From NCBI GenBank assembly GCA_023425285.1, contig JAFACY010000283.1, positions 337 to 64,336 on the forward strand: a DNA stretch of 64,000 bases, read 5' to 3'. The number at the start of each line of letters is the position of its first letter. Positions within the stretch are counted from its first letter, which is position 1. Below are positions 48,454-58,939 of this stretch, piece by piece. Origin of the DNA: Bacillota bacterium (GTDB lineage: Bacteria > Bacillota > Clostridia > Tissierellales > Sedimentibacteraceae). Made by a program: the position numbers and the translations under genes. The notes under the pieces were generated by a model. It had not been told where the DNA came from. It ran no database searches and worked only from the letters and a program-made list of their open reading frames with translations.

Positions 48454-50697
48454 ATGGAAGATTTAAAAGGTATGATTGTGGAAACAATTTTCAGAAACGA
48501 TGAAAACGGATATACGGTTGCTGTAATGGAAACAGAGGATGAGGTTCTGACTCTGACGGGAACCTTCGGTACCGACATTGCCGGAGAAACTGTCATCGTA
48601 TACGGAAAAAGAGTTAAGCATCCTAAATACGGCGAGCAATTTCAGGCAGAAATGTACGAAACCGTCATTCCTTCAAATATTGATGAGATAGAAAATTATT
48701 TGGGCTCCGGCTTAATCAAGGGTATAGGAAGCTCCACCGCTAAAAAGATAGTAGAGCTGTTTAAGGAGGATTCCTTTGACATAATTCAGAACCATCCGGA
48801 AAAATTAATGGAAATTGAAGGTATAGGCAAAAAAAAAGCACTGCTGATTTCTGAAAGCTTTACGGAGCATGCGGATATCAGGGAAATAATGATGTTTTTG
48901 CAAAGCCACGATATAAGCACGGGATACAGTGTTAAAATATATAAGAAATACGAAAAAAATACTATCAAGGTAATAACCGAAAACCCCTACAAACTTTCGG
49001 AGGATATATACGGTATAGGCTTTAAGCTTGCTGATAAAATAGCAGGCTCCATCGGTATTGAGAAAAAATCTCCCTACAGAATTTCCTCAGGCATACGATA
49101 TGCACTTATAGAATATTCCCTCAGAGGTCACACCTACATGCCCTATGAGCTGCTGACCAATGCAACCATGAAGCTGCTGGAAATTGCCAGAGAAGACGTT
49201 GAGGATGAAATGCGCAACATGGCATTTACCGAAAAAATACATATAGAAACAATAAACGGCGAAAGAGCGGTATATTACTTACCCTACCATACGGCAGAGG
49301 TCAATGTATGCAAGGAGCTGATCAATCTTGCGTCTGTTGATTTCAGCATGAGTGAGGAGGACATAATCCCATATCTTGAAAGGGTCGAAAGTTCAACCTC
49401 CATGAGCCTGTCTGATATGCAAAAGGAAGCCATATTGCAATCCATTATAAACGGCGTAACGGTAATAACAGGCGGTCCGGGTACAGGAAAAACAACCATA
49501 ATTCTTTCCATTATTGAAATATTTGAAAGCATGTACAAGACCGTATTTCTTTGTGCTCCAACGGGAAGAGCGGCAAAGCGCATAACAGAGTCCACAGGCA
49601 GAGAAGCAAAGACTATCCACAGGATGCTCGAATACAGCTACGGTGAAATTGACAGCAATCTGGCTTTTAATAAAAACGAAAACTCTCCGCTCGATTGTGA
49701 CGTGGTAATAATAGATGAAATGTCAATGGTCGATATTTTACTTATGAATAATCTGCTTAAAGCCTTAAAAAAAGGGACCCGGCTTGTGCTTGTTGGAGAT
49801 GTGGATCAGCTTCCCTCAGTTGGTGCAGGCAACGTATTGTCTGATATCATAAGCTCAGACACCATTAAAACAATACGCCTCGACACTATATTCCGTCAAT
49901 CTGCCGGAAGCATGATAGTACAGAATGCACACCGCATAAACAAGGGTGAGATGCCCGTATACAACAAGCAAAATACGGACTTCTTCTTTATGAGGGAGGA
50001 TGAGGACGATATTGTGGATGTCATAGTTGATTTGTATGTCAACCGTCTGCCTTCGAGATATGATTACAATCCCATGAGAGATATTCAGATTCTGTCTCCC
50101 ATGAAAAAGGGGGATGCTGGAGTTGCCGAGCTTAATATTAAGCTTCAGGCCGCCATAAATCCGCCTGCAAAGCATAAGAAGGAAAAAGTATTTGGTAAGT
50201 ATATTTTCAGAGTCGGCGACAAGGTCATGCAGATAAAAAATAATTATCAGGCGCAGTGGACTGCGCAAACTCCTTCGGGAAAGACCGTCACAGGTGAAGG
50301 AATCTATAACGGCGACATCGGATTCATAACCTTCATTGACGAGACTGAGCAGGAAATTTACGTGACCTTTGATGAAGAAAAGGAAGTAATCTACCCCTTC
50401 AATCAATTGGATGAGCTCATACTGGCTTATGCCACCACAGTACACAAAAGCCAGGGAAGCGAATTTCCCGTCATTATCATGCCCATAGTCTGGGGACCAC
50501 CCATGCTGCTGACCCGTAACCTGTTTTATACGGCGATTACAAGGGCAAGGAAATTAGTTGTGCTGGTGGGCATAGAAAAATATATGCTGGATATGATTAA
50601 CAACAATAAAATCGACAAAAGATATTCTGCGCTTAATTACAGATTGGAATCCTTGGTTTCCAACTACAGGATGCTGTCGGAGGGGTTGTTTGAATGA
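48454..50697 (+). CDS. recD2: ATP-dependent RecD-like DNA helicase RecD2
   Basis: HPKYGEQF, HhH GIG repeats, GGPGTGKTT, APTGRAAKR, DEMSM, TVHKSQGSEF, YTAITRA. Confidence 0.95.
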   Translation: MEDLKGMIVETIFRNDENGYTVAVMETEDEVLTLTGTFGTDIAGETVIVYGKRVKHPKYGEQFQAEMYETVIPSNIDEIENYLGSGLIKGIGSSTAKKIVELFKEDSFDIIQNHPEKLMEIEGIGKKKALLISESFTEHADIREIMMFLQSHDISTGYSVKIYKKYEKNTIKVITENPYKLSEDIYGIGFKLADKIAGSIGIEKKSPYRISSGIRYALIEYSLRGHTYMPYELLTNATMKLLEIAREDVEDEMRNMAFTEKIHIETINGERAVYYLPYHTAEVNVCKELINLASVDFSMSEEDIIPYLERVESSTSMSLSDMQKEAILQSIINGVTVITGGPGTGKTTIILSIIEIFESMYKTVFLCAPTGRAAKRITESTGREAKTIHRMLEYSYGEIDSNLAFNKNENSPLDCDVVIIDEMSMVDILLMNNLLKALKKGTRLVLVGDVDQLPSVGAGNVLSDIISSDTIKTIRLDTIFRQSAGSMIVQNAHRINKGEMPVYNKQNTDFFFMREDEDDIVDVIVDLYVNRLPSRYDYNPMRDIQILSPMKKGDAGVAELNIKLQAAINPPAKHKKEKVFGKYIFRVGDKVMQIKNNYQAQWTAQTPSGKTVTGEGIYNGDIGFITFIDETEQEIYVTFDEEKEVIYPFNQLDELILAYATTVHKSQGSEFPVIIMPIVWGPPMLLTRNLFYTAITRARKLVVLVGIEKYMLDMINNNKIDKRYSALNYRLESLVSNYRMLSEGLFE

Positions 50698-51428
50698 AAA
50701 AATATGCGGATTCTTTTTTGGAGCTTATTTATCCCGAAAAAAACACATGCTTCATATGTGAGAAATATGATGAAGAAATCGGAGAAAGCTACATATGCCG
50801 GGACTGTGAAAGAAGGATTAAGAAAATTGTTCCGCCGGTATGTATCAAATGCTCAAAGCCGATCGACCATCACAAGTCCACTGAGCTTTGCAGGGAATGC
50901 AGCAGTGAAGAAAAATATTTTGAAGCATCCAGATCCGTGTATGCCTACGAAGGTATCATTAAAAATGCAATCTACAATTACAAATATTATAACAAGCCGT
51001 ATTTCTTCAAGCTGTTTGGCAATATGATGCTTGATTATATTAAAAAAGAAAATTATTCTGACTATGATTATGTACTGTCTGTTCCTCTTCACCGCTCTAA
51101 ATTGCTCCAAAGAGGATACAATCAATCAGAGCTGATGGCAAGATACATTGCAAAAAACTTATCGCTTCCATACGTTGACGGACTGAAAAGAATTAAGAAA
51201 ACGGAAAAGCAAAGCGAACAAAGCAGGCATGAACGAAGAAAAAATTTAAAGGATGCCTTTGCGATAAAAGCATCCTTTAATAATCATAATAATATTGATA
51301 AAATAATTAACAGTTCTGTTCTTCTGGTTGATGACATATACACAACAGGCTCCACTGTCAATGCATGCTCAAGAGTCTTAATAGATTATGGAGTGAAAAA
51401 AGTATATGTTATGACAATAGCACGTTAA
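50694..51428 (+). CDS. comFC: ComF family protein (zinc ribbon plus PRTase fold)
   Basis: CxxC repeats, VPLH..RGYNQSEL, LLVDDIYTTGST. Confidence 0.9.
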   Translation: MKKYADSFLELIYPEKNTCFICEKYDEEIGESYICRDCERRIKKIVPPVCIKCSKPIDHHKSTELCRECSSEEKYFEASRSVYAYEGIIKNAIYNYKYYNKPYFFKLFGNMMLDYIKKENYSDYDYVLSVPLHRSKLLQRGYNQSELMARYIAKNLSLPYVDGLKRIKKTEKQSEQSRHERRKNLKDAFAIKASFNNHNNIDKIINSSVLLVDDIYTTGSTVNACSRVLIDYGVKKVYVMTIAR

Positions 51429-51991
51429 ACTATCGTTCTTTCTTCAGTTATTATCATATCCATCTTCACGTCATGGGGTTCGGTCGGTACACAGTCCACT
51501 ACCTGAAATTCGTATGCAACCGCTATGATGGCCGCATCTTTTCTTTTTCTTCCCAGTATTCTGTCGTAGTAGCCCTTACCGAAGCCTATACGGTTTAAGT
51601 CTTCGTCAAATACCACTCCCGGAGCTATTATCAAATCCAGTTCCTCAGTCCTTACCTGTTTTACTTTTTCTAATAAGGGCTCATAATATCCAAATGAATT
51701 TAAAACCATATCATCCTTCAGACTTTTTATTTCCGAGGGTATTATTTCCGTATCTCTGGTGTTCGTATATGGTATGACAACCCTCTTGCCTTCAGACAGC
51801 ATTCTTTCTATCAGCCCATGTGTATTCACTTCATTTTTAAATGACATGTAAACAAACACTACCTTGCTGTTTTTATATGCGTCAAGGGAAGTAAGCCTGT
51901 CCATAATAGTCTTGCTTTTGTTTTCTGCTTCCTCTGTATTCAGTCCGTTTCTCAGGCTGAGTATTTTTTTTCTTAATTCTGCCTTATCCAT
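51425..51991 (-). CDS. 5-formyltetrahydrofolate cyclo-ligase
   Basis: KAELRK, PGVVFD..RIGFGKGYYDR, EPHDVKMD. Confidence 0.92.
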   Translation of the reverse strand: MDKAELRKKILSLRNGLNTEEAENKSKTIMDRLTSLDAYKNSKVVFVYMSFKNEVNTHGLIERMLSEGKRVVIPYTNTRDTEIIPSEIKSLKDDMVLNSFGYYEPLLEKVKQVRTEELDLIIAPGVVFDEDLNRIGFGKGYYDRILGRKRKDAAIIAVAYEFQVVDCVPTEPHDVKMDMIITEERTIV

Positions 51992-51999
51992 AATTTCTC

Positions 52000-52617
52000 C
52001 TAAAAGAATATAGAAATTAAAAAATTAAATAAAAATGTTATGGGCGGCGTAATAATTCTTCCGACTCCTCTGAAAACAATTATCAGAAGCATTGCAAAAC
52101 GAAGCTGATCGTAATATTTGTAATAGAAGTTCCATACTCTTGCACCGCCTATGCTGCCTAAAATGTGATGCCCGTCAAGGGGCGGTATGGGTATCAGGTT
52201 AAATACCATCAGCACAAGGTTAATCCACACTGTGCTTTTCAAAACCTCTATCAAAATCTGAGTTGTAACAGTGTATGGCATGTACATATACGTAAGCTTC
52301 ATCAGCCCGACAAATATAAAGGCTATGAGAAAGTTAGCCAATGGACCGGCAATTGAAACTATTGCGTCGTCTCTACGAGGATTATTAAAATTTCTGCTGT
52401 TTATCATTACAGGTTTAGCCCATCCGAAGCCAAACAAAAGCAGACACAAAAATCCCATAGGGTCCAAATGCTTCACCGGGTTTAATGTCAATCTGCCCTG
52501 CATAAGCGGCGTATCATCACCCATTTTTACGGCTGCATAGCCATGTGCAAACTCATGTATAGAAATCCCCAGCAATATGCCGGGAAGTACTAATAATTTT
52601 CCCATTAAGTAATCCAT
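52000..52617 (-). CDS. Site-2 protease family (M50) protein
   Basis: HEFAH, GRLTLNP, AGPLAN, FNLIPIPPLDG. Confidence 0.92.
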   Translation of the reverse strand: MDYLMGKLLVLPGILLGISIHEFAHGYAAVKMGDDTPLMQGRLTLNPVKHLDPMGFLCLLLFGFGWAKPVMINSRNFNNPRRDDAIVSIAGPLANFLIAFIFVGLMKLTYMYMPYTVTTQILIEVLKSTVWINLVLMVFNLIPIPPLDGHHILGSIGGARVWNFYYKYYDQLRFAMLLIIVFRGVGRIITPPITFLFNFLISIFF

Positions 52618-52665
52618 ATTTCCTCCTGATTATATGATACAGGATAAAGCTTAAGAATATCTGAA

Positions 52666-53997
52666 TCAGTCCACGTAATCGGCGGTATCCTTCACCTTGT
52701 ATACAATTGCCGTCTCCAGCCTGCGACCCTTGATTTCTGTAACCATTATTTTTAAGCCGTATTCTTCAAGCTCCATTGTACTTCCATCCTCAGGTATTAT
52801 ACCAAGCACTCCAAACACAAGCCCTCCGAATGTATCAAAATCATCGTCAGGCAGGCTTATATTAAGCTCAGCCGAAACATCCTCCAGATATGCAGAACCT
52901 TTTATCTTCCACGTGTCCGCATCTATCTTTTCAATAGATGGCGGCTCAGGATTCAGATAATCGTCGTCAAAATTACCGACAATTTGTTCAAGGAGGTCGT
53001 TCATTGTTATGACACCGCTCATACCGCCATATTCATCAAATACCACCGCAAAGTGATTCCTTGTTTTCTTCATATTCTGAAAAAGAACATCTGTCCTCAC
53101 CGTTTCGGGCACATAGTAGGCTGATTTTATTGCCTTGTTCATAATATTTTCTCTTGATTTATCCTTAAGTCTGAAGTAATCCTTGACATTCAGTACGCCT
53201 ATTATGTTGTCTGCGCTGCCGTCACAAACAGGATATCTTGAATGTCTGCTTTTAGTCATCTTTTGTGCCCACTCTTCATCTGTTTCATCCATCCATAGAA
53301 TGGTTACCTCGGTTCTGTGAGTCATTACCTCTTCGGCTGTTTTATTGTCAAATTCAAAAACATTTTGAATCATTTGTTTTTCACTTTCGTTTATAGAGCC
53401 CTTTTCGCTTCCCACATCCACCATCATTCTTATATCTTCTTCGGTGACCTCTTCATCCTCTGAATCAGGGTCTATTCCAATCAATCTTAGAATCCCGTTG
53501 GTAGAAGCCGTTAAAAGCCATACCAATGGTGAAAATATCCTGGAAATAAAATCTAAAAATCCGGACATGAGCAATGCCAGTTTCTCAGCATTTTTCATAC
53601 CGACTCTTTTTGGAACAAGCTCTCCGAATACAAGAGTAAAGTAGGAAAGTATCAATGTTATCAGAATAACCGAAATTGTATTGAATGTAGCTGCAGGAAA
53701 ATCAAGACCGGTCTTTATCAGTAAGCTTGTAAGCCTGCTTGCAAAATTATCTGCAGCAAAGGCACTTCCAAAGAAGCCTGCCAAAGTTATTCCTACCTGG
53801 ATTACCGAAAGGAAATATGAAGGCTGCAATGTAAGTTTGCTTAACTTAATGGCACGCTTATCACCCTCTGCCGCCATTTTGGCCATTCTGTTATCATTCA
53901 TAGAAATAACGGCTATTTCTGCCGAAGCAAAAACAGCGTTTATAGAAATCAAAACTAATTGTAAAATAATAGGACCCCATATCGAGCCGTCTTCCAC
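52666..53997 (-). CDS. Hemolysin-family CNNM/CBS/CorC domain protein
   Basis: FASAEIA, GELVPKR, VMTHR, HSRYPV, DEYGG, DTFGG. Confidence 0.9.
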   Translation of the reverse strand: MEDGSIWGPIILQLVLISINAVFASAEIAVISMNDNRMAKMAAEGDKRAIKLSKLTLQPSYFLSVIQVGITLAGFFGSAFAADNFASRLTSLLIKTGLDFPAATFNTISVILITLILSYFTLVFGELVPKRVGMKNAEKLALLMSGFLDFISRIFSPLVWLLTASTNGILRLIGIDPDSEDEEVTEEDIRMMVDVGSEKGSINESEKQMIQNVFEFDNKTAEEVMTHRTEVTILWMDETDEEWAQKMTKSRHSRYPVCDGSADNIIGVLNVKDYFRLKDKSRENIMNKAIKSAYYVPETVRTDVLFQNMKKTRNHFAVVFDEYGGMSGVITMNDLLEQIVGNFDDDYLNPEPPSIEKIDADTWKIKGSAYLEDVSAELNISLPDDDFDTFGGLVFGVLGIIPEDGSTMELEEYGLKIMVTEIKGRRLETAIVYKVKDTADYVD

Positions 53998-54170
53998 TAA
54001 AATATACCTCCTGAAAATCTTAAGTTATTACAAAAATGATACCATACATATTATATCCAGTCAATATTCATTTATGACGGTACATTTTTCTGTGAATATT
54101 TCAATATTTTGTTGATATATTATAAGATATATTGTAAAATTATAGTAACTCTGAATACATGGAGGAAGAT

Positions 54171-54749
54171 ATGTTTCTTGAAGCATTGGTTTTAGGAATT
54201 GTTATAGGTTTATTGAGAAGAGGAAAAATTTCTCGTCTCGCCTATGTTCGTTTTAATTTCAAATTTTTGATTTTTATATCTGCATTCCTTTATCTGGCTA
54301 TAATCGTGATGAATTTAGGTCTCTTTGATTACAGTTCAAATTTATATTCAATATTTCTTTTAATGACATATATATGCACAGGCTTGTTTTTAATAGCCAA
54401 TTTAAACATGAGGTTCATGGCGATACCTTTGGTAGGTCTGGGATCAAACTTATTGGCATTCTTGGCAAACGGCTTTAAATTCCCCTTATCATCAGATGCA
54501 ACAGCAAGACTGTACGGTACGGAAATACACGAACTGCTCAAAGGAGGCAAAATGTTATTTTTCACTCCGGCAGAAACAGCGTCATTAAGCTTCTTAGGCA
54601 ACGTTATTACTATCGGAAACTGGGTTATAGTAAGCATAGGAGATTTAATAGCTGCAATTGGGGTTATTATGGTGGTTCAGGCAATTATATCAGACAAATT
54701 TATCCAAAACAGAAACAGAATCACATTTTCAAAGGATATTTTACGATAA
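54171..54749 (+). CDS. DUF5317-like membrane protein
   Basis: MFLEALVLGIVIGLLRRG, NLLAFLANGFKFP, LSFLGN, SIGD. Confidence 0.65.
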   Translation: MFLEALVLGIVIGLLRRGKISRLAYVRFNFKFLIFISAFLYLAIIVMNLGLFDYSSNLYSIFLLMTYICTGLFLIANLNMRFMAIPLVGLGSNLLAFLANGFKFPLSSDATARLYGTEIHELLKGGKMLFFTPAETASLSFLGNVITIGNWVIVSIGDLIAAIGVIMVVQAIISDKFIQNRNRITFSKDILR

Positions 54750-54800
54750 ATATAATAAAAAAGAATGGTCGGTCAATCCAACCATTCTTTTATTTTCAAC

Positions 54801-55721
54801 TTATTGCTTGCCAACTTCCGTAAGTGCAGATGCAAGTCCTGCAAGTCCCTGAATATCCGACGGAACTATAATCTTGGTTGCCTGACCGTTTGCAGCCTTT
54901 TCGTACGCTTCAAAGCTCTTCAACGTCAGAACTTCCTTATTAAGTCCCACATCCTTTATCAGCTTCAAGCCTTCGGCAGTTGCTCTTTGTATGCTCAGTA
55001 TAGCTTCCGCTTCACCTTCTGCTTCTCTTATGGATGCTTCTTTCTTTGCTTCGGCTCTCAGTATCGCAGCCTGTTTTTCTGCCTCAGCTTCAAGGATGAG
55101 AGATTCCTTCTTACCCTGTGATACCAATATAGCTGCATTTTTCTGACCTTCGGCTATAAGTATCGATTCTCTTTTCTCTCTTTCCGCCTTCATTTGTTTT
55201 TCCATTGCATTTTGTATTTCTCTCGGAGGAATGATATTCTTAACCTCAACCCTGTTGATTTTAATTCCCCAAGGGTCTGTCGCTTCATCAAGTACTACTC
55301 TCATTCTCGTATTTATGATTTCTCTTGAGGTTAATGTTTCATCAAGTTCCAAATCTCCTATGATATTTCTCAGTGTCGTTGCTGACAGATTTTCAATAGC
55401 CAACATAGGTCTGTCTACGCCGTATGTGAAAAACTTAGGATCTGTTATCTGAAAGAACACAACCGTATCTATCTGCATGGTTACATTATCCTTAGTTATA
55501 ACCGGCTGAGGTGCAAAATCAATAACCTGTTCCTTAAGCGATATTTTTTTAGCAATTTTGTCGATTAGGGGTACCTTTATGTGAAGTCCCACATTCCATG
55601 TCGACTGATAAGCACCAAGACGCTCCACAACATACGCATGCGCCTGAGGCACTATTCTGATATTTGTTGAAATTAATGCAATTACAATTATTAAAATAAA
55701 AGCTAAACCGATGTATTCCAT
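54801..55721 (-). CDS. SPFH/band 7 (stomatin-like, QmcA-type) protein
   Basis: VVERLG, QPVITKDNV, TTLRNIIG..LDETLTSR, WGIKINRVE, QMKAER. Confidence 0.93.
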   Translation of the reverse strand: MEYIGLAFILIIVIALISTNIRIVPQAHAYVVERLGAYQSTWNVGLHIKVPLIDKIAKKISLKEQVIDFAPQPVITKDNVTMQIDTVVFFQITDPKFFTYGVDRPMLAIENLSATTLRNIIGDLELDETLTSREIINTRMRVVLDEATDPWGIKINRVEVKNIIPPREIQNAMEKQMKAEREKRESILIAEGQKNAAILVSQGKKESLILEAEAEKQAAILRAEAKKEASIREAEGEAEAILSIQRATAEGLKLIKDVGLNKEVLTLKSFEAYEKAANGQATKIIVPSDIQGLAGLASALTEVGKQ

Positions 55722-55733
55722 TCCTTACCTCCA

Positions 55734-56165
55734 CTATTTTCTTTTTACTATGAGCTTTACGCCTTTTATTTCAACTACAACAACCAGCTCATCCTTCTCG
55801 ATAATTTCATCGTTTACAGATTTTGCCGACCACATTTGTCCTCTTGCTTTTACGCTTCCTTCGTTGTTTATATTATTGATTGTTTCAATAACCTTAACCT
55901 GTTCTCCTATCAAGGAATCAGCATTTGTTCTTGATCTGCCTATTTTAAGCTTTTTAACGGCAAAAGGTCTCGTCAATACCAAGCAAATAATTGACACAAA
56001 CAAGAAAAACATAATTTGCACATGAAGATCAAAGCCAATCAAATAAATCAGCCATGCAACCAAAGCGCCTATGGCAAACCAAATTGTTGTAAGTCCCATT
56101 GTGGCTGCCTCAATCATAATACATACCGCCATTATAATAAGCCAAGCCCATCCGATAAAATCCAT
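55734..56165 (-). CDS. NfeD family protein
   Basis: N-terminal TMs and OB-fold GSVKARGQMWSA; paired with the SPFH gene. Confidence 0.88.
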   Translation of the reverse strand: MDFIGWAWLIIMAVCIMIEAATMGLTTIWFAIGALVAWLIYLIGFDLHVQIMFFLFVSIICLVLTRPFAVKKLKIGRSRTNADSLIGEQVKVIETINNINNEGSVKARGQMWSAKSVNDEIIEKDELVVVVEIKGVKLIVKRK

Positions 56166-56237
56166 ATTAAGCTCCTTTAAAAGTATTCTTATTAATTATA
56201 TACCACATTCCAACCAAGGTAAACAAAAAATTAACAA

Positions 56238-57791
56238 TCAATCGATTATGCCGCTCAGCGTCTGGTAGGGATTAACATATGTATTGTAGATGCTCACTGC
56301 GTAATGGAGGTGCGGACCCGTTGAAAATCCGGTAGTTCCCACAGTTCCTATCACGTCCTCCATTTTTATTGTATCTCCTTTTTTAACAGATATTGTGTCT
56401 AAATGGTAATATGATGTAAAAAGTCCCATACCGTGGTCTATAACAACCGTGTTTCCGGGAGACAAAAGTCCTTCCATCGCAAAAGTAACTATACCGTTGT
56501 TCGGCGCTTTAATTTCCGTACCTATGGGTGCAGCAAGATCAATTCCCGAATGTCGGGATGATGATTGCTCATTATTTACAAATCTTATTTCTGCAAAATC
56601 AGTGGTCAGCCTGCCCTCAACAGGCATAATGAATGCACCGTCCCACAGCTTCTCAGGTTCTGAAACGGTTCTTGCAGGCTTCACAAGCTGTGCGAACTCA
56701 TAAATAGCGGTATTATCATTGTTGGTTTCATTCATTTCTTCCGAAACCGTCAGATATTGAGTCTTAAAGGCTTTGTCTTTTATTTCAAGTGTTTTGACTA
56801 TTGTGTACTCTCCGACTCGCCCTTCGTTTATGGTAACATTCAGATCATACATGCCTGCTTTAGCGTATAGATCAATTGGGCATACAAACATACCCCTTCC
56901 CTTGTATGTGTACATTTCCGCAGGGATTTTAACCGCATCTGTCTTCAGCGTAACTGTTTCATCGGGATTCAGATTATCTACGGATATCAGAAGTACATTG
57001 CCCGGGTAATTGTCCTTTGTTACAACCACAGCATCGGCAGCCTTATCCACACTGACCGTAAATTTAATCGTCTGGTTTCCGTAGCTGTCCGTGCTGTCCT
57101 TTAAAAACCACTGTGCCTGACATTCAATGTCGTATTTTCCGTCTGCGTTAAGCCCGTTTAAAAGCTCCTGAAGATTTTTACCGGTGCTGATTGGATTTCC
57201 GTCCGAAAATATCCTTACTACCTGACTGTCCGGATGTCTTTCATACACTATGTCCAGTGTTTCATTCCCGGTATATATTATTTCATCATTTGATACCGGC
57301 TTTATTGTTCCTTCCTTTTCGGCATACATACCGTCTATGTTCTTGTAGTTCCATTCATATTCTTTTGCAGGAAAATAACCTTCTTCATTATAATCTATGT
57401 AGAAATCATAGAGAGTATTATCAATATATACATGTGAAAAATTTTCATTCAAAAACAACTGTCTTGCTGCACCGTCATTAACCTTGTAATTCCCGGCATC
57501 ACGTACCACGTATATGGATTTATCACTCAAATCAAAATTTAATCTGTAATGCTCTGTACCGGAGCTTTTTATTACATTTATTTCAAAGTCAGAAGCGTTA
57601 CCCGCATTAGTCTCGGCTTTATCCCTGCTGTTGAGCGCCTTTAAAATTGCAGATGCATCCTCGCTGTCCCCGGGAATGATCACTTTTTCACCGTTTGATA
57701 AATTTATTGCTTCTATTTCGTCAACCTTATCATTTGGGCTGCAGCTCATAAGCATTACTATTGATACCAGTACGATTAATATTTTTTTCAT
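56238..57791 (-). CDS. M23 family metallopeptidase lipoprotein
   Basis: Lipobox LMSC; HSGIDL, IDHG..YYHL, STGPHLH. Confidence 0.88.
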   Translation of the reverse strand: MKKILIVLVSIVMLMSCSPNDKVDEIEAINLSNGEKVIIPGDSEDASAILKALNSRDKAETNAGNASDFEINVIKSSGTEHYRLNFDLSDKSIYVVRDAGNYKVNDGAARQLFLNENFSHVYIDNTLYDFYIDYNEEGYFPAKEYEWNYKNIDGMYAEKEGTIKPVSNDEIIYTGNETLDIVYERHPDSQVVRIFSDGNPISTGKNLQELLNGLNADGKYDIECQAQWFLKDSTDSYGNQTIKFTVSVDKAADAVVVTKDNYPGNVLLISVDNLNPDETVTLKTDAVKIPAEMYTYKGRGMFVCPIDLYAKAGMYDLNVTINEGRVGEYTIVKTLEIKDKAFKTQYLTVSEEMNETNNDNTAIYEFAQLVKPARTVSEPEKLWDGAFIMPVEGRLTTDFAEIRFVNNEQSSSRHSGIDLAAPIGTEIKAPNNGIVTFAMEGLLSPGNTVVIDHGMGLFTSYYHLDTISVKKGDTIKMEDVIGTVGTTGFSTGPHLHYAVSIYNTYVNPYQTLSGIID

Positions 57792-57982
57792 AGAACCCTC
57801 CTTTTTCAATATTTTTAGTTTAAATACTTGTTTTATACATTTTATTATAATTGCTTTTTATTATTCTACCACAAAAATAGCAGAAGAACCCACATAAATT
57901 GTCGGGTTCTTTATAATAGGAATGGGGACACACCTTTAGTTAATGGATAGTCTTTGAAGTATAAGGAATGTCTCCGTTATTA

Positions 57983-58939
57983 TTATCGTTCTTCTCTGTA
58001 GTAATTTATTCCACAGCTTGCAGGTCTCGTGTTTTTCTTTGACTTGCGTACGGAGGTGATAACAAGTATAAGCGCCGTTATAATGAAGGGCAGCATATCA
58101 TAAAACGCATTGGGAAATGTGAATATATCCTTGGGGAAATAATATTTTAAAACATTAAAGCCACCGAATACGAATGAGCCGAAAATTGCTCTCACAGGAC
58201 TCCATGAAGCAAAAATTACGAGTGCCACCGCAATCCATCCGAGTCCGTTTACGCTGTTGCTCATCCACACGCCGCCGTTTATAATCAGCGAACAGTAAGC
58301 TCCGCCTATGCCACAGATGCCGCCTCCCAGCAAAATATTGAAATATTTATATTTTGTAACCTTTATACCTGCCGCATCAGCCGATGCAGGATTTTCTCCT
58401 ATGGCTCTTAAATTAAGTCCTGTTTTCGTCCTGTTCAAATAGATGCTGAGTATTATTGCCGTAACTATACCGATGTACACAAAGGGATTATACTGAAAAA
58501 ACAACTGCCCCAATACGGGTATGTCACTTAATCCTGAAATATATACGTTCCTTATCTGCTGACTTATGATTTCCGGAAGCTTTAAGGAGCTGCTGTGCGA
58601 ATTTGCAATCATGTACTCTCCTATAAAGTTGGAAATTCCTATGCCGAAAATTGTAAGCGTAAGACCTGTTACATTCTGATCCGCCATAAATGTTACGGTG
58701 AGGATTGCATAAATCAAAGCACCCAATAAGCCGGCAATGAATGCTGCTGCCAGGGCAATAAAAAAATTATTGGTCATATAGCCTGCCATAAATCCGGCAC
58801 AGGCTCCCATTGACATCATGCCCTCAACACCAAGATTTAAGTGTCCCGATTTTTCATTCATAATTTCGCCCAATGTACCGAACAACAGAGGTGTTCCCGC
58901 AAAGACAGCGGCTACCAGAAAATTGATAAATTTAATCAT
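57983..58939 (-). CDS. Nucleoside ABC transporter permease (NupC-like)
   Basis: EKSGHLNLGVEGMM, GLNLRAIGENP. Confidence 0.85.
   Translation of the reverse strand: MIKFINFLVAAVFAGTPLLFGTLGEIMNEKSGHLNLGVEGMMSMGACAGFMAGYMTNNFFIALAAAFIAGLLGALIYAILTVTFMADQNVTGLTLTIFGIGISNFIGEYMIANSHSSSLKLPEIISQQIRNVYISGLSDIPVLGQLFFQYNPFVYIGIVTAIILSIYLNRTKTGLNLRAIGENPASADAAGIKVTKYKYFNILLGGGICGIGGAYCSLIINGGVWMSNSVNGLGWIAVALVIFASWSPVRAIFGSFVFGGFNVLKYYFPKDIFTFPNAFYDMLPFIITALILVITSVRKSKKNTRPASCGINYYREER

Noticed and set aside
57921..57978. Imperfect inverted repeat AATGGGGACA...TGTCTCCGTT
   Set aside because: Single copy in the window; explained as a terminator-like hairpin after the nucleoside ABC operon
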